A stretch of 63,661 nucleotides of DNA, filler included, from Trichomonas gallinae (lineage: Eukaryota), in the NCBI GenBank assembly GCA_008369845.1. It is 12 parts of 12 records of this genome, joined end to end, with 100 filler letters (N's around TTAATTAATTAA, not from the genome) between each part and the next. Parts side by side here need not be neighbours in the genome. Positions count along the whole stretch, not along the records: positions 30,960 to 58,272 come from MRSU01001283.1; 11 more parts are not named here. The stretch is one strand, 5' to 3'. Shown here piece by piece: positions 30,962 through 41,806 of the stretch. A model generated the notes under the pieces. The model saw only the letters and a list, made by a program, of their open reading frames with translations, searched no databases and was not told the DNA's origin. A program made the position numbers and the translations under genes. The first letter of the stretch is position 1. Every line of letters begins with the position of its first letter.

Positions 30962-33436
30962 GAAAAGAAGGCAGCTGAAGAAGCCAAGAAGAAGGCCGAA
31001 GAGGAAAGAATTGCTGCAGAAAAGAAGGCAGCTGAAGAAAAGAAAGCTGCTCGTAAGAAAGCAGAGGAAGAAAAGAAGGCCGCTGAAGAGAAAAAGAAGG
31101 CTGAACAGGAGAGAATCGCTACAGAAAAGAAGGCTGCCAATGAAAAGAAGGCAGAAGAAAAGCGCATTGCTGAAGAGAAGAATAAGGCCGAGGAAGAAAA
31201 GCAGAAGCAAATCGAAGCTAACAAGAAGCAGTTCGAGGAGGAATCAAAGCGTGCTGAGATGGCACCAGAAGCTTCAAGAGAGAAGCACCAGCATGACAGA
31301 AAGCAGACGGCAAGGAACGCCAAGAAGCAGAGCCACGCTTTGTCCCGCGACATCAATTCTGACATCAAGGCCCAAGGTGAGGTCAAGGTTGAACCACAAG
31401 AAACAGAAGAAGAGGTTGCTGCTGAACAAGCAGTCGAGAAGCAAATCGAAGAGAAGCCAGTCGAGCCAAAGAAGGAGGAGATCAGAGTTGAGCTCGATCC
31501 TAATGAGTTTCCATCTCTTGTCGCCAACCCACTCAGGAATTCCAAGCCAAAGGCGAACAAATGGGGACTTATTAACATTGAGAACACTGGTGAGAACTTC
31601 GATTCAAAGAAGTTCAACAAATCCCATGTCAAACCACCGCCCATGGATGCTGATAGAGGCATAAACAAATATGAGGTGCTATATAACTCCAGCGAACCAC
31701 TCCCAGAAGAGAAATCTCCAGAAGAAGTAGGTGTCAAAACAAGAGAAGTTGACCCCTCCGAATTCAACAAGGAAGAGAGCATCGTTTCCGAGAACAGATT
31801 TGGTTCACTCGTTGACGACCTCGATCCAGAAGAAAAGCAGCGCCGCGAGGAGGAGAGAAAGAAGCGCGAGGAAGAGAGCGCAGCCAAACTCAACGCAAAT
31901 CGTAAGGATGATGATCAGCAGACAAACAAGCTTTCAGAGGAAGAAGCAAGAGCTCGCAAGGAGCGTGAAGAAAGGATTAACGCTCAGAGAGAAAAGCAGC
32001 GCCAGGAAGCTCTCAAAGCAAATGAAAGGAAGGCCAAACAAAAGACAGAAGAGAAGGCCAGGAGATTAGCCGAACAAGCCAAGAGAAAGGCAGAAGAAGA
32101 GGCCAGGAGATTAGCCGAACAAGCCAAGAGAAAGGCAGAAGAAGAGGCCAGGAAGAGGGCTGATGAGGAAGAAAGACAGAAGGTTGAGGAAGCTAAGAAG
32201 AAGGCCGATGAAGCAGAAAAACAGAGAAAGCAGAAGAAGGAAGCAGAAATCGAAAAGCAGACAGAAGCACAGCGTAAGGAAGAGAAAGAATCTGCTCAAC
32301 GCCAAAAGGAGAAGGAGGATGCCGATAGGAAGAGGCGCGCCGAAGAGAAGAAGAAGGCTATGGAGTACGCGTCTTCCACCCTCAAGACTAATCAAAGCAA
32401 TCCATTAATTGATATGTTTTACAAGACACCAATGCAGAAGGAGGACAAACAGCAACAGAAGAAGACTACATCAGCAGCTCCATTGAGGTCAACTTGGAGT
32501 CATATTACGTTGCAGGGCGACGAAGGCATCGAAGTCAACAAGACAATCCAGAGAACACAAAAGAAGAGGGTTTCCGATGTCCCAGAGAGAGAATCGAACA
32601 ACTATGACGTCAAAGCCATCGCACGTATGGAGGACGAGCAGAAACGTAAGGTAGGCGAGAAGCATGCCAAGCACACGGTCCAGTCCATCGAACCAGAAGA
32701 GCAAGTTACCATCATTTCAGAAAACAAGTTTGATCTTCTTCAAATCGATTCAGATGATGATATAGAATCATATCGCCACATCCTACACGAGAACAAGATG
32801 AAGAAGGAGAGAGAAGAAGCAGAGCAGAAGAGGCTCGCTGCAGAGATAGCTGCCGACGAGAGAAGAAAGGCCGAAGAAGAAAAGAGAAAGTTAGATGAAG
32901 AAAAGAGAAGACTTGCCGAAGAAAAGAGGAAGGCAGAGGAAGAAAAGAAGAGAGCTGCTGCAGAAGAGAAGAAGAAGGTTGAAGAAGAAAAGAAGAAGGC
33001 AGAAGAGAAGAAGAAGGCCGACGAAAAGCAGAAGAAGGAAGAAGAAGAGAAGTTCAAGGCAGAGCAGAAGAAGGCTACTGAAAAAGCTAGAAAGGAGGCC
33101 AAGGAAGCTGCAGAAGCTCAAAAGGCTGCTAAGAAGGCCGCTGATGAAAAGAGAAGAGCCGAGCAGAAGGCCGAATCCGAAAGGAAGAGAGCCGAGCGAG
33201 AAGCTCTTGAGGAAAAGAAGAAGGCCGAACAAAGAGCTCTTGAAGAGAAGGCTGCTGAAGAGGAAAGAAAGGCTAAAGAAATGGCTAAGGCTAGTGAGCC
33301 TGAACCTGAAGAAGAGGAAGATGAGGAAGAAGACACAACATGCGGCAAGATAATTACACATGTTAAAATTGCATCAATCACAATATTTTTGTGCTTTGCT
33401 GGTTTAGAATATCTGAAAACACTCAACAACAAATGA
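30962..33436 (+). CDS. E/K/A-rich coiled-coil protein with C-terminal membrane anchor, 5'-truncated
   Basis: Frame open from the contig edge (EKKAAEEAKKKAEEE...) and continuous with ORF 31259-33436; C-terminal hydrophobic IASITIFLCFAGLEYL. Confidence 0.85.
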   Translation, partial: EKKAAEEAKKKAEEERIAAEKKAAEEKKAARKKAEEEKKAAEEKKKAEQERIATEKKAANEKKAEEKRIAEEKNKAEEEKQKQIEANKKQFEEESKRAEMAPEASREKHQHDRKQTARNAKKQSHALSRDINSDIKAQGEVKVEPQETEEEVAAEQAVEKQIEEKPVEPKKEEIRVELDPNEFPSLVANPLRNSKPKANKWGLINIENTGENFDSKKFNKSHVKPPPMDADRGINKYEVLYNSSEPLPEEKSPEEVGVKTREVDPSEFNKEESIVSENRFGSLVDDLDPEEKQRREEERKKREEESAAKLNANRKDDDQQTNKLSEEEARARKEREERINAQREKQRQEALKANERKAKQKTEEKARRLAEQAKRKAEEEARRLAEQAKRKAEEEARKRADEEERQKVEEAKKKADEAEKQRKQKKEAEIEKQTEAQRKEEKESAQRQKEKEDADRKRRAEEKKKAMEYASSTLKTNQSNPLIDMFYKTPMQKEDKQQQKKTTSAAPLRSTWSHITLQGDEGIEVNKTIQRTQKKRVSDVPERESNNYDVKAIARMEDEQKRKVGEKHAKHTVQSIEPEEQVTIISENKFDLLQIDSDDDIESYRHILHENKMKKEREEAEQKRLAAEIAADERRKAEEEKRKLDEEKRRLAEEKRKAEEEKKRAAAEEKKKVEEEKKKAEEKKKADEKQKKEEEEKFKAEQKKATEKARKEAKEAAEAQKAAKKAADEKRRAEQKAESERKRAEREALEEKKKAEQRALEEKAAEEERKAKEMAKASEPEPEEEEDEEEDTTCGKIITHVKIASITIFLCFAGLEYLKTLNNK
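32055..32153 (+). repeat. Perfect 45-bp in-frame tandem duplication (ARRLAEQAKRKAEEE x2)
   Basis: aggccaggagattagccgaacaagccaagagaaaggcagaagaag repeats at 32055 and 32100, with a partial third unit at 32145. Confidence 0.9.
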
Positions 33437-33534
33437 ATATTTATTGAATATTTTTTAAATATACAGCTAAAAATTTCTTTTTTATAAAATTTCTTTCAAG
33501 TTCACTTATAATAAAACAGTTTATTGTCTCCTGT

Positions 33535-33678
33535 TTACGTGACAAATGTTACAATTTACACATCAAATAATAGAAATTTACACGACAAAAAACTTAATTT
33601 TCACAACCTTACACGACAAATATCCCATTTTACAACGGAAATTTTAATTTACACGACAGAAATAGTGTTTACATGTCA
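33535..33678. promoter_or_regulatory. Cluster of TTACAYGWCA motifs upstream of the Ada3-like gene
   Basis: ttacacgaca at 33578, 33609 and 33649; ttacatgtca at 33669; variant ttacgtgaca near 33535. Confidence 0.55.
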
Positions 33679-33697
33679 GTTTTGAAATAATCGTCGA

Positions 33698-34894
33698 ATG
33701 AAGACAGCCGAGGAGCCAAACCCGCCAAGGATCCGCTCCAAACGCCCATTGGGGCGCAAAACATCAGTAAACTTTGATGTAGCTGCTGAAAGTGACGAGC
33801 AGTCGAATGAATTAGACGACGTTTGGGGGTTTAGCTCGATGAAAATTTTTCTCGACAAAGTGATGAACCAAAACGAGCACCCGAGCATCTCCGTGATCGA
33901 AGCCATCAATAACAACATCACACTATTCCAGAACATCCGTTTAAATTTACAGAAAAAATATCAGAAGTTCGAGGAGTCTTTTTCAAGGCCAGTCACACCG
34001 GTAACCTTCGTCAGACACATACCTGTGACACGCTCAGCAATATCTCGCTCCCAATCAATCAGCTTCCAGCCAAACATTCAGCCAGTATCAGTCATAAAGC
34101 CAACGAAGAGAATGAAGAAGTCAAAGGAAGCGGCAGAACATCACCAGAAGCCTCTTACTTCACAGTCAATTTGGAACTCAATCAACAGATTTTTCAGCTC
34201 TCCGCCAACAAGAGACGCTTTTAGGCAGTTTCTCAGCCCGATTGAAGAGAAGATTACGTCTGTGCCGCTGGGCCAGCACTACTCCATACTTTATAACCAG
34301 AAACTCAAGCAGAAATTCAAAACAGATGCTGTTTTCATCAAAACGCCAGAATATGTGGAATACACCACAAAGAAGATTGGAGACTTGAATGTAGTGTCAA
34401 GTCACAGACTCTTGGCAGCATTAATTCCAATAATGAGAGAAAATGTAGATAATTCAAACACAGACATAGGAGATCCAAATGATGAAGGCGATCAGGGAAA
34501 GTTCCAGACAACAAACGATTTCACGATAGATATATTCAACGAAAGCCTTTATCCAACAAATGTCAGAGGAACATCTTTTTATTCGAAGCTTTCCTTCGAA
34601 GAGAAGATTTCTTTAGAAGTTATGGCCATAGGGCTGAACCCTGTCGACGAGCAATACGAAGAAATCGACAACGAAATCATGAATGATATTGCAAATCTCA
34701 GGGGAGAATACGCGAAGATTGTAGAGAAGACAAATCAAACTAGAATGGGAATCATAGCTGATTTAGTCAAGCGGGAAGATCTACTTGTTGCTAAACAAGA
34801 AAAATATAAGATTTGGGCAGCTATGATCGAAAAAGCAGAGAAAGAGAACAAGCTCAAATCCGGAAAACCAAAGAATAGAGATAAACTCACTTAA
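33698..34894 (+). CDS. Ada3/Ngg1 (TADA3)-like SAGA histone acetyltransferase subunit
   Basis: Ordered Ada3-like blocks: IWNSINRFF, VPLGQHYS, SHRLLAALIP, LSFEEKISLEVMAIGL, DNEIMNDIANLR. Confidence 0.72.
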   Translation: MKTAEEPNPPRIRSKRPLGRKTSVNFDVAAESDEQSNELDDVWGFSSMKIFLDKVMNQNEHPSISVIEAINNNITLFQNIRLNLQKKYQKFEESFSRPVTPVTFVRHIPVTRSAISRSQSISFQPNIQPVSVIKPTKRMKKSKEAAEHHQKPLTSQSIWNSINRFFSSPPTRDAFRQFLSPIEEKITSVPLGQHYSILYNQKLKQKFKTDAVFIKTPEYVEYTTKKIGDLNVVSSHRLLAALIPIMRENVDNSNTDIGDPNDEGDQGKFQTTNDFTIDIFNESLYPTNVRGTSFYSKLSFEEKISLEVMAIGLNPVDEQYEEIDNEIMNDIANLRGEYAKIVEKTNQTRMGIIADLVKREDLLVAKQEKYKIWAAMIEKAEKENKLKSGKPKNRDKLT

Positions 34895-35115
34895 TTGTGA
34901 TTGGCTTTTAATTGTTTTATTTTTGTTGTTAATAAACTGTTTTTCATATAAATTTTTCGCAACAAGCATGAAATAAATCTAGATATACATTTCTTTGACA
35001 TTAAATGCAAAATATATTTTTGATAATTTTATTTATGCGATTAGACAGTTTTAATGCATAAATTTATTTAAATAATAGCATAATAAACAGTTTATTATAA
35101 TATAAATAATATAAA

Positions 35116-36333
35116 TCACTTGGTTTCCTGAGAAATAGAAATATCTCCACGATCAGATGATAAAGATCCTTCTTTTTCTTGTTGTTCGTTAGTTTCATCT
35201 GTTTCCTTTTGTTTTTCTTTATCTTTGTCGCTTTCTTTTTCTTCCTCTTCTTTTTCTGATTGAACTTCATATGTTTCATATGTGTATTCTTCATCGCTGT
35301 CATTCATTGCAGATTTAACTGCAGCTGTAACAGCTTTGGTTGAAGCTTTCTTGAAGATCCAAATTCCAAGTCCAGCTAAAGACGCTGTTCCGACAACTGC
35401 ACCTGTTGCTGCGCTTGCTGCAATAACAACCATTCTGTTCTTCGTTGGCTCAGCTGGCGTATATTCAGCTTCACATTGATAAGTATTTAATAATACAATT
35501 TTCATCAATTCTGATGTGTTATACATTGCAGAAGCAGACAAACTCTTGTATTGCCGGTCAGTGTATATTACTAACATCTGAAATAGATTATCTGAATACT
35601 GTTTTTGAGCAAGATATGTAGAATTTGTTGTTACAAAGTAAGAATATGTTAATATAGAGGTTTTGCGTGATTCAAAGATTATAGCTGCACTTGGAATCCG
35701 CGTAAATGTGTTATTCACAAAATTCAAATGATGAAAGTTTGATGTATTGCAAAGAATAAGTGAATAATGGCTGCTAATTGTAGAAAGGAAGTTGTCTTGA
35801 ATGTTAGAATACGAGAAAGTCGTTTGTACGGTAGATGCATATCCACCAGTGGCTGAATAAGACGTAGAATGATTTAGATACTTAACATCCGATATATTTG
35901 GCTTAAATGCAAGTGCATTTAATGCATTTTTTTCTTGTGTTCCTGAAAAAACTATAGAAATATAAGAAATATTAATGTCTCCAGTGCCTTGATAATAAAA
36001 GAATGCTCCAGGGAAACGAGCATCAGTCGTAACCTTGTAAACACATGTATTTACAATGCTAACATTGCCCGGTGTTCGCCAATAAATCGCACCACCAGCG
36101 TAATCCTTTTGTATGTTCATAAAGAATGTGTTTTCCACCAGTAAGTCGACGTAATCATCCGTTTTCATGTAGATTACGTGATCAAGAAAGTTAATTGCTT
36201 TTGCGTTCTGTAGATAAACATCTCCTTCATAAACATTATCAGGGATTAAATACCCTGAAAGCGTAGTATTAGGCTCCCCACTAAAGAAGTCCTTCCATTC
36301 TGATAAACATAATCGAAACAAAAGCAGGAACAT
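35116..36333 (-). CDS. Single-pass Pmp/beta-helix-like surface protein
   Basis: N-terminal MFLLLFRLCLS, GGAIYW, FVNN, LLNTYQCEAE, TM helix VVIAASAATGAVVGTASLAGLGIWIF and an acidic cytoplasmic tail. Confidence 0.8.
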   Translation of the reverse strand: MFLLLFRLCLSEWKDFFSGEPNTTLSGYLIPDNVYEGDVYLQNAKAINFLDHVIYMKTDDYVDLLVENTFFMNIQKDYAGGAIYWRTPGNVSIVNTCVYKVTTDARFPGAFFYYQGTGDINISYISIVFSGTQEKNALNALAFKPNISDVKYLNHSTSYSATGGYASTVQTTFSYSNIQDNFLSTISSHYSLILCNTSNFHHLNFVNNTFTRIPSAAIIFESRKTSILTYSYFVTTNSTYLAQKQYSDNLFQMLVIYTDRQYKSLSASAMYNTSELMKIVLLNTYQCEAEYTPAEPTKNRMVVIAASAATGAVVGTASLAGLGIWIFKKASTKAVTAAVKSAMNDSDEEYTYETYEVQSEKEEEEKESDKDKEKQKETDETNEQQEKEGSLSSDRGDISISQETK

Positions 36334-37429
36334 AGAGTAAAGAACAAAAAAGGAGGATAGAAATTTTGTTTAATTTACAATTTTCGATCTCTCAAAATAT
36401 TGTATGAGATATTCAATTAAATTGATATAGTACAAATTCTGACAAATGCATTATAGCAATTTATCATTAAAATTACGCAAAAATAATTTGAAAGCAATTA
36501 ACTATTTTTGTATTATTTGCATATATGATTAATGCGGAATATTTCATAGAAAATTAAAAAATTTCTTATCAATTTTTTTTTTCTTTTCAAAAATACAGTT
36601 AAAAACTTTACATGTCAAAAATCAGTTTTTCATTCATCGAAAATCAATGATCAGAGACTTATTATCACTATTGGTGTCTTAATAATAGACTGCTAATAGT
36701 AAATCACGCCTAACAATAAGTGATAAAGAGTGTATTACTCGTAATTTTTTTACGAGAAATTTCAGAGGTGTTTTAGCGACAGATGCTTTGATGCAGCTAT
36801 CAAATTGAAACAATATATAGCTTGCATCCAGATATCATATTTGGTACTGTTAGACGTGTATGTTGTCGTTTTTCATTTTTCAAAAATAATCTATTTTACT
36901 ATAACTACACATGAATTGTCACATACTAATGAAAGGATTTTTGGTTCTAATTCTAAATATGTATAAAAATGAGTTTTGGATCATGATTACATACTTTAAA
37001 AAAAAAACGTTTTGTCACCTTTATAAATCGCCGGCCATTTTAACATGGTGGAATTTTATTAAGAAATATATTTTGGTACTATAATCATTGCTAACTGTCA
37101 GAAAAGTGTCAGAAATTTCTTAAGAAACGTGACTTTTAACGTGCTTGAAGGGCCCATGGCTTCCAAACTTGAAATATAGCATTAATATCATATATAAATC
37201 CTATTCCCTGATTTTCAGTGATTTTTTCCACTGCGACACTTCTAATTTCGTTCGTTTAAGTTTACATGACATAAAATAAGGAGTGGCTTCTTATCAGTAA
37301 ATCGCAAGAACTTTAGCGACAAAGCTTTCCTTAAATCTAATCGTTTATTTCCTATGACATATGGAATGTGCTTTACGAATTAAAACACGAAAAAAGCTAT
37401 GAATATTTTTTTTTATAAGAAAAAACAGC

Positions 37430-37625
37430 TTTTTGAGCTACCTAGATATTACAAATCATTTTTCAAACGATAATAAGAACAATGTAGCATCTGAAATCTA
37501 TCTATTACGTTTTAGGAAAATTGACTTTTATTATAATTAGATTTTTGAACCACATGGATATTGCAAATCATTTTTCAAACTTTGATAATAACAACCCAAC
37601 ATCCGAAATGTATCTAATACGTATA
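37430..37625. repeat. Tandem duplication with 112-bp period
   Basis: caaatcatttttcaaac at 37452 and 37564, with flanking gatatt... and catcYgaaatStatctaWtacgt conserved in both units. Confidence 0.85.
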
Positions 37626-37743
37626 AGAAATAATAAGTTTTTTTATTAATTAGTTTTTTATTTTCGCAGGTGAATACAAAACTATTTAGATATTGTCAAT
37701 AGTCCCAAATTATTCTGACTTCTACAAATTAATCATGATATTT

Positions 37744-38646
37744 TTATCCAAAATAAGAACTTAAGCCTCCCATTAATAATGAAGGCATAAGAGATCCACT
37801 ATTGAACCTGTTCTTTGCATTATAGTTGTAGTCACACGTTTCTGCTTCTAGACCTGCTTTTGATGAAATCATGAAATAATGATGAATAATATTGGATCTG
37901 TAATCATCTGATTCTTGGATAGCATATAAATCAACATGATGCATGAATTTAATTAAGTCTTTTGTTTCAACTCTCACTGTAAAATCATGCCAATCAGAAT
38001 CATCAGCAGTTATACATTCATGCTGTTTCGTATTGTTACGATTGAGTTTTGTAAACAAACATGCATTTAGATTTCCATCCAAATTCCTAATTTGCCCATG
38101 AATGACCAAATCTTCTCCAGATCTTACAAAATTTTGAAGATTTTCGTCGGACACTTTTATATCAGGAGAATGTCTGTCACTAATAATGAATGGATATTCA
38201 ACATGAAACGAGCGAAGATTATAAACAAACCTATGAATCGATCCATTTTCAAAATTTGAATCGTAATATGTAAGATTCCATTTTGTTGGATTATTGAAGC
38301 ACTCATTATTATAGTGGCCATATAACTGCGAATAACTGTCAAATATTTGTATTTCTAAAGTATCACTATTAGGCCCACATTCATAAATATATTTAAAATC
38401 AATTGTTTCATTGATTACATACGATGATTTCAGTCCATTGATCGGGTAAAAATCTGCCTGCATAGTGTATTGATTATCATAACCATCTTCGTATGTTGTA
38501 TAACTGGAATTTACAGAAGTGTCTATAATAACTGAATGCCAGTCAAAACCAGGATAGAAGAGAATGTGTCTACTGGCATTAGTCTTTGATTTTATCTTGT
38601 TTAAGACTTGCGTGTTCGAGAAAGACTTCTTTCTAAACAACCTCAT
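37744..38646 (-). CDS. Hypothetical beta-rich (Ig-like) protein, paralog 1 of 3
   Basis: Starts MRLFRKKSFSNTQVLNKIKSKTN; shares FYPIN, YPFxI, WHxF, RSNII and GSLxPSLxMGGLS with 40883-41806. Confidence 0.8.
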   Translation of the reverse strand: MRLFRKKSFSNTQVLNKIKSKTNASRHILFYPGFDWHSVIIDTSVNSSYTTYEDGYDNQYTMQADFYPINGLKSSYVINETIDFKYIYECGPNSDTLEIQIFDSYSQLYGHYNNECFNNPTKWNLTYYDSNFENGSIHRFVYNLRSFHVEYPFIISDRHSPDIKVSDENLQNFVRSGEDLVIHGQIRNLDGNLNACLFTKLNRNNTKQHECITADDSDWHDFTVRVETKDLIKFMHHVDLYAIQESDDYRSNIIHHYFMISSKAGLEAETCDYNYNAKNRFNSGSLMPSLLMGGLSSYFG

Positions 38647-39416
38647 TTTTGAAATTTTTGATTTCTGATGGGCATCAATTTTCAAAACTCAAATATTAGT
38701 CAACAATCACACTGCATTAAATGTCTATCTTTCAAAATTGATGATGACATCTACAGAAAATCTGACAACAATCAAAATTGAAAGTCATAGATGTTTTAAA
38801 TGGAAAATAATCGAATGGATAATTATGAAATATAATAAATCTCACACATGTCATTCTACACAGAAAACTATCAGATACAGTATTCGGAGATAAAAATTTA
38901 AGATTATGAACAAATTCTTACAGCAAGTAACAGAAATTGAATTCTTAACAATATTAAAATTTGTCTGGCAAAATGACATATATGTTGGTTCGTTAAACGC
39001 TCACTCTGATAATAATACAGACAGTAAAATGCTTAGAAATTTTTTTTCATCAAAGACAATAAGGTTCGATTTCTCACTTATTTATAAATGTAATAAATTT
39101 ACAAACATTTATTGAGTTATATTTTATCATGATGGTTCATTACGGATGCATTTTAGTGAATATTATATTTTTTGAGTTACGTTTAAAATGGTGCGGAACA
39201 TGGTTGATATATGACATAGGTAATAAATTTAACATTGATTTAGTTCAAAGTGGTAAACTCAGCTTTCTTACATTCCTTTGTAATGAATTTAACTAAAATA
39301 ATGCTTTAACGAATCCTTAAATAATCATATTATTTTATTTACCCAGAAATATCATTGTGAAAGTATTTATAATGAATAATTTTGTTTTTTTATTATAATC
39401 TATTTTTGATTCTTTT

Positions 39417-40070
39417 TTATCCAAAATAATAACTCAAACTACCCATTAAAAGTGAAGGAATGAGTGACCCAATATTAAGTCTATTATTTTCATTGTAATT
39501 TGGATCGCATGAACTTGAATCGAGAACTCCTCTGATAATTACAAAGCGATTATAAATTATATTTGATCTATAGTCTTCTGAACCTTGTATTGCATATACC
39601 AGCAAGCTGCATAGCATCAGACAAACCATTCGTATCAATTTTAATTGTGAAATCGTACCATTCTCCGTCATCATATTGCAGACACTCCTGTCGTTTCGGA
39701 GGATTACTATTCAGCTGTGTGTATATGCATGCATCAAGTTCTCCATCAAGATTCCATATTTGCGAATTGAAGATTAAAATTTCACCTGATCTGACGAAAT
39801 TTTGGAATTTTTCATGCACTTTTATATCAGATGAATTTTATTACTTATAAGAAATGGACAATCAATGTAACAATCATTAGTAGAATAAGAATATAAATGG
39901 CATGCTCTATTCAAGAAAGAGTGATCATTGGTAGAATTCCATTTAGTTGGGTTGTTGAAACATGAATTATTATATAAATTTCCTTATGAATAAAAAAATC
40001 CATTGATAAAATCTATTTGCTGGAAAATTTCAATTCCATCCGCCAAGTCGCAATCGTAAATGAATAGCTA
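39417..40070 (-). pseudogene. Frameshifted paralog 2 of 3
   Basis: Homologous blocks split over frames (QNFVRSGE...WYDFTIKIDT, then VYAIQGSEDYRSNII...GSLIPSLLMGSLSYYFG); the 5' part is decayed (FNNPTKWN remnant near 39940-39965). The 5' boundary is approximate. Confidence 0.8.
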
Positions 40071-40882
40071 TTCTCAATAATCATTCAAACATATAGTAAT
40101 TAGAAATCATGTTTCTTTTGGTCTCAAATCACAAGATAATTTCATATATGATACTTTTGAACATACAATCAATTTGAAATTTGTCAAAAATCGTTTCAAT
40201 GGAAATGACTCAACCAAAACAAAAATTTGAACTAAAACTCATCAAGTGGATAAATGTGAAGTAATGGTACGTTTTTAAATGCTTAATTACCCAAAATTTA
40301 AGATTAGACAAATTGACACAAATTTAGATTTTAGAAAAATTAAGAATAGTAAAATTACAGCTTTCTTAAGATCTTAAGATTCATTAGCAATAATTTTTTA
40401 TTCTAATATACATTATATGTAATATGCATAATATATCATTATTCTTGCAATATGATCTATATCAATCAAGCTTGAAATGTATTGACAAGAAGTTAGGAGA
40501 TATGTTTTACATGATGGACCCAGCTAATAATTCTCGTAAGAAGTTCTCGTAAGAAGTAATTCTAGAAATCATTCTTCAATGAATCTTGTGATGCCGGATT
40601 GTAGGCTTCATTCTACTGTTCTCTTCCCTTTCGAAAATTTTTAAGCGTGTGTCGATATTACGTGTTTTCATTTAGAGTGGGAAAATATTTATGGTGTATA
40701 TAGCATTTGATTGTAATATTAGATCCTAGCAACTAGAGATGTCTATATCTATCTTATCATTTTTTATCTAAGTCATAAATAAATTAAATAGTGGAATGAG
40801 AATTAGAATTTATGCTAACAATGGAAACATAAAACAACCGTTATAAGTATAAATATTTATAACTTCTTTCAAAAGTTGAAAC

Positions 40883-41806
40883 TTAATTAAAATGTATACT
40901 TAGTCCTCCCATGATAAGTGATGGAACAAGCGAACCACTACCGAAATACCTAGCATTATTGTTAAGATCGCATGTAATCTCATGAGAGCAATAATGTTGA
41001 TTATTTTCGCCTATAAGAATATTATTCCTGGTGGGACTTGAAACAACGAATTGGAAATAGATGATGTTTGATCTGAAGTCTTGTGAATCATTCTGGCATC
41101 CATAGATGGTTAATGTGTGAGCTGATTTGATAAGATTTTTGGTACTTACTTTAAGCGAGAAATGATGCCAATCTGTATCAGTTGATTTAACAGTGCTGTG
41201 CTGCACAGGATCATCATGATCAATAATAGTGTAAAATGTTGCATTTAAATCATCATCTTTGCTCATGATCTTTCCTTCGACAATGAAATCATGCCCTGCT
41301 TGAACATAATTTAATTGATCATCATACAAAACAATATCCGGCGCAGATTTATCACGAATAGTAAAAGGATACTCATAATTTTGATTGTTATCGAATTGAT
41401 ATTTGAATTTATGTTTTGTACCAAGTGTGAAATTTGGAATATTAAAAGAAAGCTCATCTTTTTGTAATGTTTTTGAACAATTAGTATAATAACTCCTACG
41501 AAATGATGTTGAATAATCATAAACAGTTATCTCATAATAACCTCTGTAATATTCCATGTTGGGATCACATTCATATAAATATTCGAATGTAATGGTTTCA
41601 TTTTCAGTATATGATGATTTTGGTGCATTTATTGGATAAAACTTCTTCGATGTGAAAAATCGAGAACTTAAATTGTTATTGTAATTATAGATAGTATCAT
41701 TCACAAGTTCATAAAAGAGCAACTGCCTATTTACATTGGTTTTGGACTTGATTTTGCTTAAGACCTGGGTATTGGAGAATTGCTTCCTTTGAAAAAACTT
41801 CACCAT
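40883..41806 (-). CDS. Hypothetical beta-rich (Ig-like) protein, paralog 3 of 3
   Basis: Starts MVKFFQRKQFSNTQVLSKIKSKTN and ends GSLVPSLIMGGLSIHFN; colinear with paralog 1. Confidence 0.8.
   Translation of the reverse strand: MVKFFQRKQFSNTQVLSKIKSKTNVNRQLLFYELVNDTIYNYNNNLSSRFFTSKKFYPINAPKSSYTENETITFEYLYECDPNMEYYRGYYEITVYDYSTSFRRSYYTNCSKTLQKDELSFNIPNFTLGTKHKFKYQFDNNQNYEYPFTIRDKSAPDIVLYDDQLNYVQAGHDFIVEGKIMSKDDDLNATFYTIIDHDDPVQHSTVKSTDTDWHHFSLKVSTKNLIKSAHTLTIYGCQNDSQDFRSNIIYFQFVVSSPTRNNILIGENNQHYCSHEITCDLNNNARYFGSGSLVPSLIMGGLSIHFN

Noticed and set aside
30904..33432. Many long antisense and alternate-frame ORFs (F/S/L-rich or R/K-rich)
   Set aside because: Shadows of the low-complexity GAA/AAG coiled-coil gene.
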